A DNA stretch of 64,000 nucleotides from Albugo candida. Its lineage: Eukaryota. Both the position numbers and the translations under genes were made by a program. How positions within the stretch are numbered: position 1 is the stretch's first letter; each line of letters opens with the position of its first letter. Shown here in pieces: positions 24,147-37,917 of this stretch. The DNA lies in NCBI GenBank assembly GCA_040437565.1, contig JBDOQK010000011.1, positions 1-64,000 on the forward strand. The letters are read 5' to 3'. Below the pieces are notes generated by a model that worked only from the letters and a program-made list of their open reading frames with translations, did not search any database and was not told where the DNA came from.

Positions 24147-24699
24147 GATATAGCTTGTGCAAGATGATGATATGTCTTCTCGCTTATAGTTTTCCATTAC
24201 GGCTGTCTCAGACCATCANNNNNNNNNNNNNNNNNNNNNNNNNNNNNNNNNNNNNNNNNNNNNNNNNNNNNNNNNNNNNNNNNNNNNNNNNNNNNNNNNN
24301 NNNNNNNNNNNNNNNNNNCCACAATACAGCGACAAGACATATTTATCATATCTTACAGGTAGTTCATAAGATAGCCGAGCTATCGTGCAGACTACACGCG
24401 CGTCAAGAGTCATCAATACCCACCAAATAAATGGGAATTTTTTAATGCAGTTGGAAGCTCTAACCAACAGGATACTAGGGGAACTCACATGCGGAAGTGA
24501 ATTATCCTTAGTTCCTTCGTACGCTTAACAATTAATCTAAGTCGTCACATCCTATCCGCATCTTACCTGCATATCTGTCATGTTATAACATGACAGATAT
24601 AGCTTGTGCAAGATGATGATATGTCTTCTCGCTTATAGTTTTCCATTACGGCTGTCTCAGACCATCACAATAGTAGACTGTGTCCTGCGTGTAAAATTG

Positions 24700-27600
24700 T
24701 CCAAAAGCACCGTGTTTTCCAAATTGGTGTCCATCACACTAGGCTGAACATAGTCACCCAGGACTAGGGTCGGAGTTGCACTTGCTTTTCTACTTGCTGC
24801 TTTTGCCGTACCCGCTCAATGATCTTCGAGTCCTGAAAACCAGCCTAATGACCATTGCGATGCATGCTGGTCGCAAGCGGAATGCGCTCGTCATACCACT
24901 GTCTTAGTAAATACCGAACATATGCACTCAACTTGGTTATATCACGAAAAAGGCTATAATTGTCGGAGTTGCTTATCGATGATCAAACAAACGACAATTT
25001 TATGGGTCACAGAAAGTGCCGCATTGCCACTTGCACTGCAAGCCACAATCAGATATCAACTTCTAATATTGCTTCCATTCCGACCGTATCGTAAGCACAA
25101 TTGCACATGCAATATACCTGCAATTGGACGAGATAAGAAAACCTTAACTCAAGGAGGAGTAGTCCAGTCACAGTTGTGCCTTGTGGTCGTGCCTTGCGGT
25201 CGTGCTTTGGAAAGAGATGTTGATCGGATCCCACTGCTTCACACGAAGGCTGAGCGCATAAATATAAATCGATCAGCATATTCTTTAAAAGCAGAAACCA
25301 GATGGAATTGGCAACATCCGAATGGCTAGACGAAACTGCACATCTTCGAAAGTTGGTATAAAGTCTTTGAAGATTCGGTGATGTAGCCATGAACGTTACC
25401 CGTTCTTTATCTGTAGCGTTCGAACTCTCCTGCGATGACCAATGTGTCAACATGAAATAAATCTTGGTTCTTCGGGATATTTCCAGACGATTCGTGAGAG
25501 CTGAGAGCGCGTGAAAGATGGGAGGAATTTTTTCCTCTCCTTGCTTTGTACTTTTTACATAAACCTATCTTCAACTTGAGCTTGGTTGAATTCAAATTAT
25601 GAGACCAATCGTCAAGTGGATACGCTGTACCATTCAACTGACTTCATTTTAAAGTCGAGTCAGCAAAACATTTTCCAGACATATCCAATGTATTAAGCTC
25701 ATCGTCGTTGTAATACTGGCCGAGTCTTAAATTCTTCGGATCTCGAAAGCTGAGGCGGAGGATTTCCGAAATATGCGACATGATTCGTACATAATGCCAA
25801 GATTGTGCCAAACCTTTGTACTTTGAAATACGAGTAGCATCTTTATAATTTAGCTCTTGGTCGCAGTGGAACCCAACGCTTGTTTCATGAAGGTTTGATG
25901 GTGATCGAGAATCTTTAAATTCAAAATTGAAATGATCCACTCCACCTCATGCCACAATCCAAATGCTTTTTCCGACAAAAAAGATCTGCTTTCCCATTGA
26001 CATTTTTTCCATGGCGATGTGGTACGATGCTGGATATCTCCATCGGCTTGTGCGGGCCAAAGAGAGCTGGATAATGCACGATAATCCTGTCAAACCAGAT
26101 CCCCAATGCGAAGAAATTAATGAGACGCATCAGACGTGAGATGCTCTAGGATTTGAATGCGCTGTAGTTTCAGCCCTCCCGTCAAGTTGAAATATGTAGT
26201 CCGCCATCCTGTCGACGAAGATATAAAATGTCTTTGCTGATCAGGTGAGCGTGTTTGAAATCTGAAATCTATTTAGCATCGACTGCCAGTATCAAATAGT
26301 CTCCACTGCTATGTCCACTGCATAGTGTAACGCCACAGCCGTGATAAAATAATCTTCTTCGCAAAATAGTAGTCGACTACGGATAGTACGTGCACGTAGG
26401 GATTTTACACCAGACTCATCATAAAAGGGCTTGTTAAGAGTTTAAAGAACCATCGTCTGATTCGATGTGTTTGGCCGAACGGAATGCTCAAATTCTTGGC
26501 CGGATTCTCAAAAAACCGCTATGATCAAATTGGGATACGTGGATACACCATGGTCCAATTCAACAAGTCTGCATCAAAAACCATTTGGTGCTACTGAAAG
26601 CAATGTCGATTTGTCCGCAAAAAAATCCACTTGCAAACGCCTGGCCATTAATCCAGATGCCATGTTTTTCATGGTTCATTCTTCATCATAAAAACAAATG
26701 CTGGGAAAGGATCCCTTTTTTACTCCACGTTATGGCGTAATGGACGGATTGATAATGCCATTTGTCATCAACCGTGGCTTTGTCTCGGTGTACAACAGGC
26801 GAACTAATTGAATTAAACTTCCCGGCGCCCATCTTTATCAAAGCACGAAATATGTACGTCCAATCCACTGTCATATATTTTCTCAAACCGGAAAAAGTCG
26901 CATACGCTTCTTATTTTCACGATGAGTGACCAAACCTGTATGTCGGCAAGATGCCGAATGTGTCAATGCATTGACCTTCCTCGCACGAAGATTTTTTTTN
27001 NNNNNNNNNNNNNNNNNNNNNNNNNNNNNNNNNNNNNNNNNNNNNNNNNNNNNNNNNNNNNNNNNNNNNNNNNNNNNNNNNNNNNNNNNNNNNNNNNNNC
27101 ATGGTTCATTCTTCATCATAAAAACAAATGCTGGGAAAGGATCCCTTTTTTACTCCACGTTATGGCGTAATGGACGGATTGATAATGCCATTTGTCATCA
27201 ACCGTGGCTTTGTCTCGGTGTACAACAGGCGAACTAATTGAATTAAACTTCCCGGCGCCCATCTTTATCAAAGCACGAAATATGTACGTCCAATCCACTG
27301 TCATATATTTTCTCAAACCGGAAAAAGTCGCATACGCTTCTTATTTTCACGATGAGTGACCAAACCTGTATGTCGGCAAGATGCCGAATGTGTCAATGCA
27401 TTGACCTTCCTCGCACGAAGATTTTTTTTTTTGGAACAATTTTGACAAAAGCGTTGCAATCGATGCGCCGATACTTTGTAAGTACTTTCACATCAGCATA
27501 AAGCAGTGCGCATTGGTCTATAATTGCCAGGATCATATTGTGGTCCTTACCTGTATAACAAGGTGATTGCCGGAATGACGTTGTGATGGAAGTAGGTTGC

Positions 27601-27800
27601 CTCTATTCATTGAACACGATCGTCAAGCAGTCGCCAAACATTTTCGTGTAAAGCTGATAAAATGCAGCTTTTATTCCATACATACCTTGAGAGGAACTAC
27701 TTCACACGTTCTTGATCTCTTTCGCCATCTCGGTCGTACTTGAGCAAGTTAAGAGACTGTATTGCGTTTTGACTCAAGGAAAACTTGAATTGAATCCAGT
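24700..27800 (-). mobile_element. L1/Tx1-like non-LTR retrotransposon ORF2 (reverse transcriptase) relic
   Basis: Degenerate RT motifs in order: PGNYRP, AHRLQ, FVRGRSMH, TVDWTYIFRALIKMG, G.K.DP...FVFMMKNEP, FADK. Many stops and frameshifts. Confidence 0.8.
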
Positions 27801-30099
27801 AGCTTTTTTATTTGTTGTCCACGGATCAGCTGAGTCGGTTTCGGTGCTGTATAGATATTCCATTATACCCCCCCCCAATGCTCCGTGAATCCGTCAGCGA
27901 TGTCCCTCGCGCTAAATGTCAGGATGCCACATGCTCGGTAGACGATTTGATCGAAACGTGACGATAGGTATTATCCGTATGGCAAAACATTCTGAAGGAG
28001 TATGGGACTCAATCAAGCTGCCTATGATGTTCCATACAATCTTAAGTGGCAATAATAAAACGCATAATGAAAACTCAAGTTTCTATGAGCTCGGGTGGTG
28101 CCTCAAGAATAAATTATGAAAAGAGGACTTGGCTTTGAGACGAGGGTCCAGGTAGCCGTGGCCGCAGAAACATGAGTGAGGAGCAGAGATTTTTAACGCA
28201 ATCACTGCAATCAAACGTACTTGTTATAAAGCTTTGATAGGTGTCCAGTTCAGTGACTATCGATTTTGATGAGTAATCTTTAGTAATGAGACGAAAGAGT
28301 CAGGCTTTTTAGGAGCTGAGTAGCATATCATATATAATGGGTCTAGAAACTTTAACGTTATCTCCAAGGAGGAGTCCTGGCCTTGTCCTGCATTGGAATA
28401 TTGAGTGAAGCATGGCGACTGTTTATGCATTCACTGTATCGGCAGATTTTTTTCTGCATCAAAATCGATACAATGAATGAAAACTACCTTTCACGAGTAC
28501 GATGAACACATACAACCAAACGAATAATCAGTACAATGTCGGACTTTAGCTGATTGAGTCTCGATTTACTCCAGCTAATGTAGCCGTTGAGCATGTCAAA
28601 TCTTTGAACGCAGACTAGAAACACTTCCATATGATTGATGTTCCCTTGGTATCCGTCTATGTGATGAGATATGATTTTTCTGATAATTAAGTCTTGATCG
28701 GCTTGACACGTCGTAATATTCTCATCAGAACCAACTTGGTATCCCACTTGCAATTTGCCCAAATTACTCATCATTATCTTTCTTCACACATCACGGAGGC
28801 AATAACCTGAATCGCAAGATATGGGTACTTTCAATAAGCATTTGGCAGTATGGTGACATATTTTGTGTCGGATACTCCATGGCGTTCGATAAAGAAGTAA
28901 CTTGTATCCATTCGACTCCTTTACGTATAGGAGATCAATGCTAGTCGAGAAGCGACCGTTTATCGAACACGCAGGTGATTATTGCATACATATATAACAA
29001 GCAACATTTACAGTCTTAGGGCATCGCTCTATTCTTGCAATAAGTCACAATTTGTTATAAAAGCTGCATGGCACAAGCATGCCCTTGAAGTCTTACTCCG
29101 TCAATTACCAGGATATCTTGCAGACATTGATCCATCATGATTTTCTCAAACTTATTCAATCTGGCACAAGTCATAATTTCGTGCCAATCTCGGAAATTAT
29201 AATTAACTAAAGGAACATGAGGATTTTCTATCACTTTTTTCAAAAAATATGATAGGCATACCAAGAGTTTGAAAACAGTGGAAAATATACTACTTCGCTA
29301 ATTTTGCCAAATCTAAATAAGAAGATTATACCAAAGCGAATATTTCACAGGTGAAATTATGAAACTATGAAAAAGATACCAGCCAAATCGTAGAGACATG
29401 CAAAATATATTGAGAGATCACAAGGAAGAGGTTAGCCCTTGCATGTGCGCTTGTTGTGGCCATAGTTACCGCATGTAATGCACTTGTTGGTGCGCTTCTT
29501 CGAAACTTCTGTGGCAGCCTGAGACTCGATTCACTCGACTTNNNNNNNNNNNNNNNNNNNNNNNNNNNNNNNNNNNNNNNNNNNNNNNNNNNNNNNNNNN
29601 NNNNNNNNNNNNNNNNNNNNNNNNNNNNNNNNNNNNNNNNNCGACCGTTTATCGAACACGCAGGTGATTATTGCATACATATATAACAAGCAACATTTAC
29701 AGTCTTAGGGCATCGCTCTATTCTTGCAATAAGTCACAATTTGTTATAAAAGCTGCATGGCACAAGCATGCCCTTGAAGTCTTACTCCGTCAATTACCAG
29801 GATATCTTGCAGACATTGATCCATCATGATTTTCTCAAACTTATTCAATCTGGCACAAGTCATAATTTCGTGCCAATCTCGGAAATTATAATTAACTAAA
29901 GGAACATGAGGATTTTCTATCACTTTTTTCAAAAAATATGATAGGCATACCAAGAGTTTGAAAACAGTGGAAAATATACTACTTCGCTAATTTTGCCAAA
30001 TCTAAATAAGAAGATTATACCAAAGCGAATATTTCACAGGTGAAATTATGAAACTATGAAAAAGATACCAGCCAAATCGTAGAGACATGCAAAATATAT

Positions 30100-31550
30100 T
30101 GAGAGATCACAAGGAAGAGGTTAGCCCTTGCATGTGCGCTTGTTGTGGCCATAGTTACCGCATGTAATGCACTTGTTGGTGCGCTTCTTCGAAACTTCTG
30201 TGGCAGCCTGAGACTCGATTCACTCGACTTCTTCGGCCGGTCACGCTTATTTGGGACTGTGTGTGGATGGTGCATTTCGAAACGCGTAAGTTCATACGCG
30301 ACGAACTCAGCCCACTTGATCCCTATGTACTTTTACACCATCATGAGACAGTCCAGAAGCGGCTTCTCTCTAGTTCAAGCAAGATTTTATTCACAGCCTC
30401 TACGTTTTTGCTCTTCATGCTCCCAAAGCGTGGACTATACGCGGCAGCCAATTTGAGCTTGTCTGCATCGAGTAGCCATTGCAGCGCCTTTTCATTGTTT
30501 TTCTTCAACTCGCTGGCGCCGTTCGAAGGTGGCATCCGTCAAAGACTTCGCCAGCTTCCACGCCTGATTCTTCAGTGTCGCATTGCGAAACTTGGCGCTA
30601 AAGTTTTCGAGAACTTGACGAACACAATCTAATTAAGGAATCTCACCTACTCCATCTTTCATCGATGGAATGAGACCCTGTGACGGTCGCAGATAATGAA
30701 TTCTGCCGCTTCTATAGAGCGTAGCAGAAATTCCAGGAACCATGGCGAATCTTCCTTAGTATCGCCTGACTTGCAAGCGACCGCTACAATCTAAATCTCA
30801 TTGTTGCTCTTCTTGACGCTTGCCTCAAGAAGAACTCCACCATACTTGTGCTTCATAAACGTGCCATTTAGACTGATATTGCGATCTGCAAACGCGCGAA
30901 GCACTTGAATGGACGGATTGTATACGATTTTGACCCACCAAATGTTTTTCTCACGCAACACGACATGTGCCTTGTATTCGTGCATGTTCATTTCGTGTAC
31001 CTGTAACAAGATGAACTGATAACGCGTGCGATCTTCATCGAAGAGTGGCGCTTTGAGCTGGACGTACGCGTCGACACAATCTGGTACGTGAATAGACGCC
31101 CAACAGCAGCCAGCTTCTTCTGCAGCTCAGCTGGACAGGCTTCACGACCTTTATCAACGACGAACTGGAAGTCTGAATAAAGGATAGCGACGTATAAAGA
31201 ATTGTTCCGACAAATCACTTCGTATGAAGCCAACTCACCCTCGTTGCGTGCATGTGCGTGGCACGAACGTATGCGTGGTCTAATCCCCTTCTACACGCAA
31301 AACGCGACTGCAAAGCTGCACTCTGGATCAACACACAACACCTTGTAGCGTCTGTGGTCGCTAGATATGACACGAAACGCCCGCCCGAGTTTTCGTTGTA
31401 TTCAATTACCGCACTTGGTATGTCGTCGTGGCTGGCGTAGTCACGTCAGTAGAAATGTGCCCGCCCGTCTGACCAGCTCCCTGGCGAACAGTCGTCACTT
31501 TACTCTTATGTCTCGCTAACGTAGCCGTTGTTGTCGATAGTCGTCATAGT
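30100..31550 (-). pseudogene. MULE (MuDR-like) transposase relic
   Basis: ISLNGTFMKHKYGGVLLEASVKKSNNEI*IVAVA...WFLEFL matches the MULE domain pattern. Fragmented. Confidence 0.75.
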
Positions 31551-31776
31551 CGCCAGATGTGAATGTATCAACGATGAGGCACATAAGAATGTGTAAACTT
31601 CAGACTTTTTGCTATAGTTTCCATAATTTCCAAAATATAGCGGTACACAAAGCAAACTTTTTTTAATGTTGGAATTGTGCGAAGAGGTATACTTTCCACT
31701 GTTACAAACTTTTGGTATACAATTCAGATTTTTGAGAAAAGTGATAGAAACATCTAAGTTACAACACAACGTTATA

Positions 31777-32862
31777 ATGGATTTAAGTGTGTGGTGTCAC
31801 CGAATGCCCAAAGTAGAACTGCACGCACATCTTCATGGATGCATACGCCATGATACTTTGAGGGAGCTAATGGCAGATAAGATGCATATTGACTGGGAAG
31901 TTACATCGATCGACGGCTGCTTCCAAATGTTTGAAGCAATACATGAAATCATCACTTCACGCGATCATCTCGTTCGCATTGTCTCTGAGATAATCGAGGA
32001 CTTTAGTAACGAGAATGTAAGATACCTTGAATTACGAACGACTCCCAGAAAGCTTGATTTGGTCTGTTCGTACCATGAATACATTGCTACAATCATATCA
32101 GTAATCGAGCAGCATCAGGCACAAATCAAAGTACGCTTGCTCCTCAGCATAAATAGAAATAAATCTGTACCCGATGCAATGGATATCGTGCGATTAGCAC
32201 TTGATTGGATGGCGATGTCGAAATATATCGTCGGAGTGGATTTCTCTGGAAATGCGCTCAGCTATGATTCGAAATTCATCAAATTTCTACCGGTGCTTTA
32301 TCTGGCAAGGGAGGGAGGTCTGAAAGTCACAGTTCATTTCGCAGAGCATCCTGATGAGATAGAAGCACAACAGATTCTTTCATTCCGACCTGATCGTGTT
32401 GGCCACGCATGCTGTCTATCCGAGGAATTATATCGTGAGATGACTGAGGCTCGTGTACCAATTGAAGTGTGCTTGACATCAAATGCTGTAACTATGGGAA
32501 GTTTTGAATACAAATCATTTGGCTACAAAAAATTGAACAAGCACCCACACAGAGAGCTCATTCTCAACATGCATACAACCAAATACCCAATATGCATCTG
32601 CACGGACGATCCAGGTATTTTGGAAACATCACCTACAAAAGAATACATACGTGCATCTATTGCCTTTGGTCTGACATTCGAGCAGCTTTTGACAATAGCT
32701 CGAAATGCAATCAGCATTATATTTGACAAATCGGAATTGCAGGATCTAGAGCAAGCCTTTGACGAGTTCAGCGAGGCGCAATTACCGGACAGTCATGTGC
32801 GAATTTGTAAACTACAGTGCGGAACAGCTGTCGAGAAGCATTCCATCTTAGCAGGGCGGTAG
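31777..32862 (+). CDS. ADAL: Adenosine deaminase-like protein (ADAL / N6-methyl-AMP deaminase type)
   Basis: PKVELHAHLHG, YLELRTTP, HFAE, RVGHAC and CTDDPG motifs. Intronless. Likely ATG at 31777, although the ORF is open from 31666. Confidence 0.9.
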   Translation: MDLSVWCHRMPKVELHAHLHGCIRHDTLRELMADKMHIDWEVTSIDGCFQMFEAIHEIITSRDHLVRIVSEIIEDFSNENVRYLELRTTPRKLDLVCSYHEYIATIISVIEQHQAQIKVRLLLSINRNKSVPDAMDIVRLALDWMAMSKYIVGVDFSGNALSYDSKFIKFLPVLYLAREGGLKVTVHFAEHPDEIEAQQILSFRPDRVGHACCLSEELYREMTEARVPIEVCLTSNAVTMGSFEYKSFGYKKLNKHPHRELILNMHTTKYPICICTDDPGILETSPTKEYIRASIAFGLTFEQLLTIARNAISIIFDKSELQDLEQAFDEFSEAQLPDSHVRICKLQCGTAVEKHSILAGR

Positions 32863-33017
32863 TGTTACTGATGAAGCGCTTTCATTCATCGTTTCTTATG
32901 CGTTTCCATGTGCAGCCCAAGGCACTCTGATGGTCATACATGAACTATTAAATCTTACTTTAAGTAATGTGGTATTAGGTATGAATTTAATAAGACCTGC
33001 AACAATAAGAAGCGGGT

Positions 33018-34544
33018 CTATCTGTGTGCGTTCATGAAATTCAGGTGAAAGTCCGACATTTTTGTTATCACTTCGTTGACTTCGTCTTCAGGTGGTAGTA
33101 TCGTCGAACGAAAGTGAAATGTTCCATCTTTTTGTCCAAAACCCGATCCTGGGACAACAACAATTCCTGTCTTCTCCAGCATTTGAATACAATAGTAAGT
33201 ATCTGGAGCCATGTTACATCCACTGGCGGCCTGAACCGCTTTTTCGGAAAGACGAATTCGAGGAAAAGTATATAAAGCCCCTTCAGTTGCATTGCAAGTG
33301 ACGCCCTCGAGCTTGTTAAATGCAGCGACAAGTTTCAGTGCACGCCGCTTTAACGAAGCAAGAATTGAGTCTCGTTGATGGCAATATCTCTGATAGGAGG
33401 CGTCTCCTTTTTTTGGAGGATTAACCATTAAACCCACCATAAGTTGTCCCTCGATATTAGAACAAAGGTTGATCGACATCAACTTGTACAATTGCTCGCG
33501 AGCACATTCACTGATGTTGACTAGTTCCATGTAGCCTCCTCGTCGCCCGCATTCTCCAGTGAACCCTTTTGACGTGGAATGAAAGGAGATCAGCTCAACA
33601 TTGTTGTAAGCTGCACCAAGATCCCTTAGAACTTTCTTGAAAGAAAGAAATTTTTTATCCGCTGCATAAACATTCTCTTGATAGACTTCGTCGGCAAGAA
33701 TAAGGAGGTTGTGTTTTTGACAGAATTGTATCACCTCTTCAATATTTTTCTTTGAAAGACATTGGCCAGTAGGATTGCCAGGGTTGATGATGGCAACTGC
33801 TCGTACAACTTTTCCATTCTTGCGTGCTTCATTATGTGCTCGTTCGATCTCGTGTATACTAAGCCCCCAGTTTTCCTCTTCATCCAGGTAATAACCAGCA
33901 AGTGTACCACCATTGATCGCTATCGCAGCTGAATAAAGCGGATACTGAGGTATAGGTGCCATTATGACATCATTATTATCTCTGATAAGTGCTAAGAGCG
34001 CATTCTGAACCGCTTGACTAGCTCCATCGGTAAGAAAGATGGTATTGGGATCAGCTGAATGACCATCACGTTCTTCGAGGAAACGAGCAACTTCCTCTCT
34101 GACTATATCAGCACCAAGGCTGTGACCGTAAGCTCCAGTACCACCTGGAATGTTGCGCAAGTAATTTCTGGCCCTTTGAATCGCATCGACTTGAAACAAA
34201 CTTTGTGCTTCCTGAGTATCCACAAATCCTGGTACATTCACTAGAGCAAGCACTTGACGATGAAATTCAATCGGTTCTTGCTTTAATATTTGTGGGTTGC
34301 CAATATTGCATGGAATTATTTTGTCGAAGGGGAACGAGCGATCACCTTGTTGTAATCTTTGTTCATACTCAACCGAGCGCTGAACAATAGGACCACGTAC
34401 AGCGTACTCTGCCCGAACAATACGTTGGTTGATTAACTCTTTTGTGAGCACTGTCATAGTACGATTATGTTCTAACTGAACACGAGGAAGCGAACAAGCG
34501 ATGAAACGCACCCTCTTTTCAAAATGCCTCATTATGCTTCTCAA
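33018..34544 (-). CDS. GPT: Alanine aminotransferase (PLP-dependent)
   Basis: EYAVRG, NIGNPQ, INPGNPTG, ADEVYQ, SFHSTSKG and VPGSGFGQ..GTFHFR motifs. Basic N-terminal extension is a possible mitochondrial presequence. Confidence 0.97.
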   Translation of the reverse strand: MRSIMRHFEKRVRFIACSLPRVQLEHNRTMTVLTKELINQRIVRAEYAVRGPIVQRSVEYEQRLQQGDRSFPFDKIIPCNIGNPQILKQEPIEFHRQVLALVNVPGFVDTQEAQSLFQVDAIQRARNYLRNIPGGTGAYGHSLGADIVREEVARFLEERDGHSADPNTIFLTDGASQAVQNALLALIRDNNDVIMAPIPQYPLYSAAIAINGGTLAGYYLDEEENWGLSIHEIERAHNEARKNGKVVRAVAIINPGNPTGQCLSKKNIEEVIQFCQKHNLLILADEVYQENVYAADKKFLSFKKVLRDLGAAYNNVELISFHSTSKGFTGECGRRGGYMELVNISECAREQLYKLMSINLCSNIEGQLMVGLMVNPPKKGDASYQRYCHQRDSILASLKRRALKLVAAFNKLEGVTCNATEGALYTFPRIRLSEKAVQAASGCNMAPDTYYCIQMLEKTGIVVVPGSGFGQKDGTFHFRSTILPPEDEVNEVITKMSDFHLNFMNAHR

Positions 34545-34639
34545 ATTAGACGGGTATTTACAAACAGATTAACAACGGTACATCGTCGATCCATCATCAT
34601 CAACCAATCAAGATATACGATAGGAATCCGACCGAACCG

Positions 34640-36365
34640 ATGTCGTCCGTCGCTGTTGGGAATGCTGAACATGTTTCAGAGGATTCAAGAAAACAAGCAG
34701 AATTGCTCAAGCATGAAGGCAATCAATCTCTTCAAGAATACAAATATCGAAACGCTGTCGAATTATACACAGCTGCAATAGAAGTCTATCCAACTGCGAT
34801 ATATTATGCTAACCGTGCAGCAGCTCATATGAAAACAGAGAGCTATGGTCTTGCCATAAAGGATGCTACCGATGCGATAACTATGGATCCAAACTACGTG
34901 AAAGGTTAGCAACACTGTTGGATAATACTGCGAAAGTGTAAAATTTATTCTGTCCAAAACGCTTTCTAGCTTATTATCGTCGCGGATCAGCTGAACTAGC
35001 CCTGGGGCACTACAAGGCCGCTTTGAAAAACTTTCGACTTGTTGTGAAGATGAAGCCTCAAGATAAAGATGCCAGAATGAAGTATAAGTTATGCGACAAA
35101 TTGGTTAAAGAAGCCGCCTTTGCAGCAGCCATTCAGTCAGAGCGTAATTTACCTATATCAGAAACTGTTGATGTGGACTCAATCGGTGATTTTTCTTTTC
35201 TTGAAAACTGATAGTTAATGATCCTTGTCTGATTCCTATTTTACTAACAGTGATCGACTCTTCTTACGATGGTCCCAGGCTTTCTGATGACGTTAAATCG
35301 ACTTCGCCTGATTTTATATCCGATCTATGGTTCGGTTAAACGTGGAAAACTCCTCCATCGAAAATATGTCATCCTTATTTTGCTAGAAATGAAAAAATTG
35401 TTTTCAAGTCTTCCATCGTTATTAAGAATCACACTCCCCGACGCAAATGATGCACATATCACCGTGTGTGGTGACACGCATGGACAATTTTACGATGTCT
35501 GCAATATTTTTCACCTGAATGGAATGCCGAGCGGAGATAATCCATATTTATTCAATGGAGATTTCGTTGACCGTGGTTCTTTCTCGTTTGAGGTGGTCAT
35601 GACACTATTCGCAATGAAATTAATATATCCTAAACACGTCCACTTATTGCGTGGTAATCATGAGTCAAAGAATATGAACAAAATCTATGGGTTCGAAGGT
35701 GAAATCAAGCACAAATACGATGAAACAGTCATGCTATTATTCACCGAAGTTTTTAATTGGCTTCCACTTGCGGCAGTACTGGATAATCGTGTGCTGGTTG
35801 TGCATGGGGGATTATTTGGCGAAGATGATGTTTCACTAGAAGACATTGAAAAAATTGAGCGTAATCGCGAGCCGCCAGAAAGTGGGTACATGAGTGACCT
35901 TATGTGGAGTGATCCGCAACCTTTTGCCGGACGTGGACCAAGCAAGCGTGGTATCGGGCTCTCTTTTGGTCCGGACATTACCCACGCTTTTTTAGAGTAC
36001 AATGATCTCGGTATGTTTTCGTGATGCGCGGTAGATGACGTTGGAGTTTACTCATCCCGTGCTGTGCTTCCAGATTTACTTGTAAGATCCCATGAGGTCA
36101 AAGACGAAGGTTATCTCGTAGAACATGATGGTAAATGTATCACGGTGTTTAGTGCTCCCAATTATTGCGATCAGATGGGTAACAAAGGCGCATTTATTCG
36201 CTTTGAGAAGAACATGGTGCCAATTTTCACACAATTCACCGCCGTTGTACGTCCCATTTCCTACTAATGGTTGCTACTTTGTCCTTGACATACTTTCTGT
36301 GTCAGGAACATCCCCCTATACGGCCAATGGCTTATGCCGCCAATATGGGTGGCATGTTTGGATAG
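34640..36365 (+). CDS. PP5: Serine/threonine protein phosphatase 5 (TPR + PPP catalytic domain), about 5 exons
   Basis: N-terminal TPRs, then GDTHGQ, GDFVDRG, RGNHE and SAPNY. GT-AG introns such as 34905-34969. Ends ...[13 protein letters not shown] local 2-nt loss at ~35321-35340 is absent from the duplicate copy. Confidence 0.95.
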
Positions 36366-36671
36366 TAGCTCTGTACACAGGTTGACAGTAGACTAATTAT
36401 ACAATGCAATAGGACTCGTGCATCGCAGAAGTCTTAGTGAGGTTGTCTCCTCTATTTGAGGCAGTACGTTACCTGCCGTTGAACATCTCATTCAGCCACT
36501 CATGCAAACTAGTGTGTGCGATAATCAGGAACCTCTTTCGCGTTCGACACTTCGAGCATGTGTCAGTGACCNNNNNNNNNNNNNNNNNNNNNNNNNNNNN
36601 NNNNNNNNNNNNNNNNNNNNNNNNNNNNNNNNNNNNNNNNNNNNNNNNNNNNNNNNNNNNNNNNNNNNNNN

Positions 36672-37781
36672 CTCTTCTTACGATGGTCCCAGGCTTTCTG
36701 ATGACGTTAAATCGACTTCGCCTGATTTTATATCCGAACTGATGGATCGCTTCAAACGTGGAAAACTCCTCCATCGAAAATATGTCATCCTTATTTTGCT
36801 AGAAATGAAAAAATTGTTTTCAAGTCTTCCATCGTTATTAAGAATCACACTCCCCGACGCAAATGATGCACATATCACCGTGTGTGGTGACACGCATGGA
36901 CAATTTTACGATGTCTGCAATATTTTTCACCTGAATGGAATGCCGAGCGGAGATAATCCATATTTATTCAATGGAGATTTCGTTGACCGTGGTTCTTTCT
37001 CGTTTGAGGTGGTCATGACACTATTCGCAATGAAATTAATATATCCTAAACACGTCCACTTATTGCGTGGTAATCATGAGTCAAAGAATATGAACAAAAT
37101 CTATGGGTTCGAAGGTGAAATCAAGCACAAATACGATGAAACAGTCATGCTATTATTCACCGAAGTTTTTAATTGGCTTCCACTTGCGGCAGTACTGGAT
37201 AATCGTGTGCTGGTTGTGCATGGGGGATTATTTGGCGAAGATGATGTTTCACTAGAAGACATTGAAAAAATTGAGCGTAATCGCGAGCCGCCAGAAAGTG
37301 GGTACATGAGTGACCTTATGTGGAGTGATCCGCAACCTTTTGCCGGACGTGGACCAAGCAAGCGTGGTATCGGGCTCTCTTTTGGTCCGGACATTACCCA
37401 CGCTTTTTTAGAGTACAATGATCTCGGTATGTTTTCGTGATGCGCGGTAGATGACGTTGGAGTTTACTCATCCCGTGCTGTGCTTCCAGATTTACTTGTA
37501 AGATCCCATGAGGTCAAAGACGAAGGTTATCTCGTAGAACATGATGGTAAATGTATCACGGTGTTTAGTGCTCCCAATTATTGCGATCAGATGGGTAACA
37601 AAGGCGCATTTATTCGCTTTGAGAAGAACATGGTGCCAATTTTCACACAATTCACCGCCGTTGTACGTCCCATTTCCTACTAATGGTTGCTACTTTGTCC
37701 TTGACATACTTTCTGTGTCAGGAACATCCCCCTATACGGCCAATGGCTTATGCCGCCAATATGGGTGGCATGTTTGGATAG
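36672..37781 (+). other. Duplicate of the PP5 3' part across an assembly gap (probable artefact)
   Basis: Near-identical to 35257-36365 and starts at the gap edge. Confidence 0.85.
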
Positions 37782-37917
37782 TAGCTCTGTACACAGGTTG
37801 ACAGTAGACTAATTATACAATGCAATAGGACTCGTGCATCGCAGAAGTCTTAGTGAGGTTGTCTCCTCTATTTGAGGCAGTACGTTACCTGCCGTTGAAC
37901 ATCTCATTCAGCCACTC

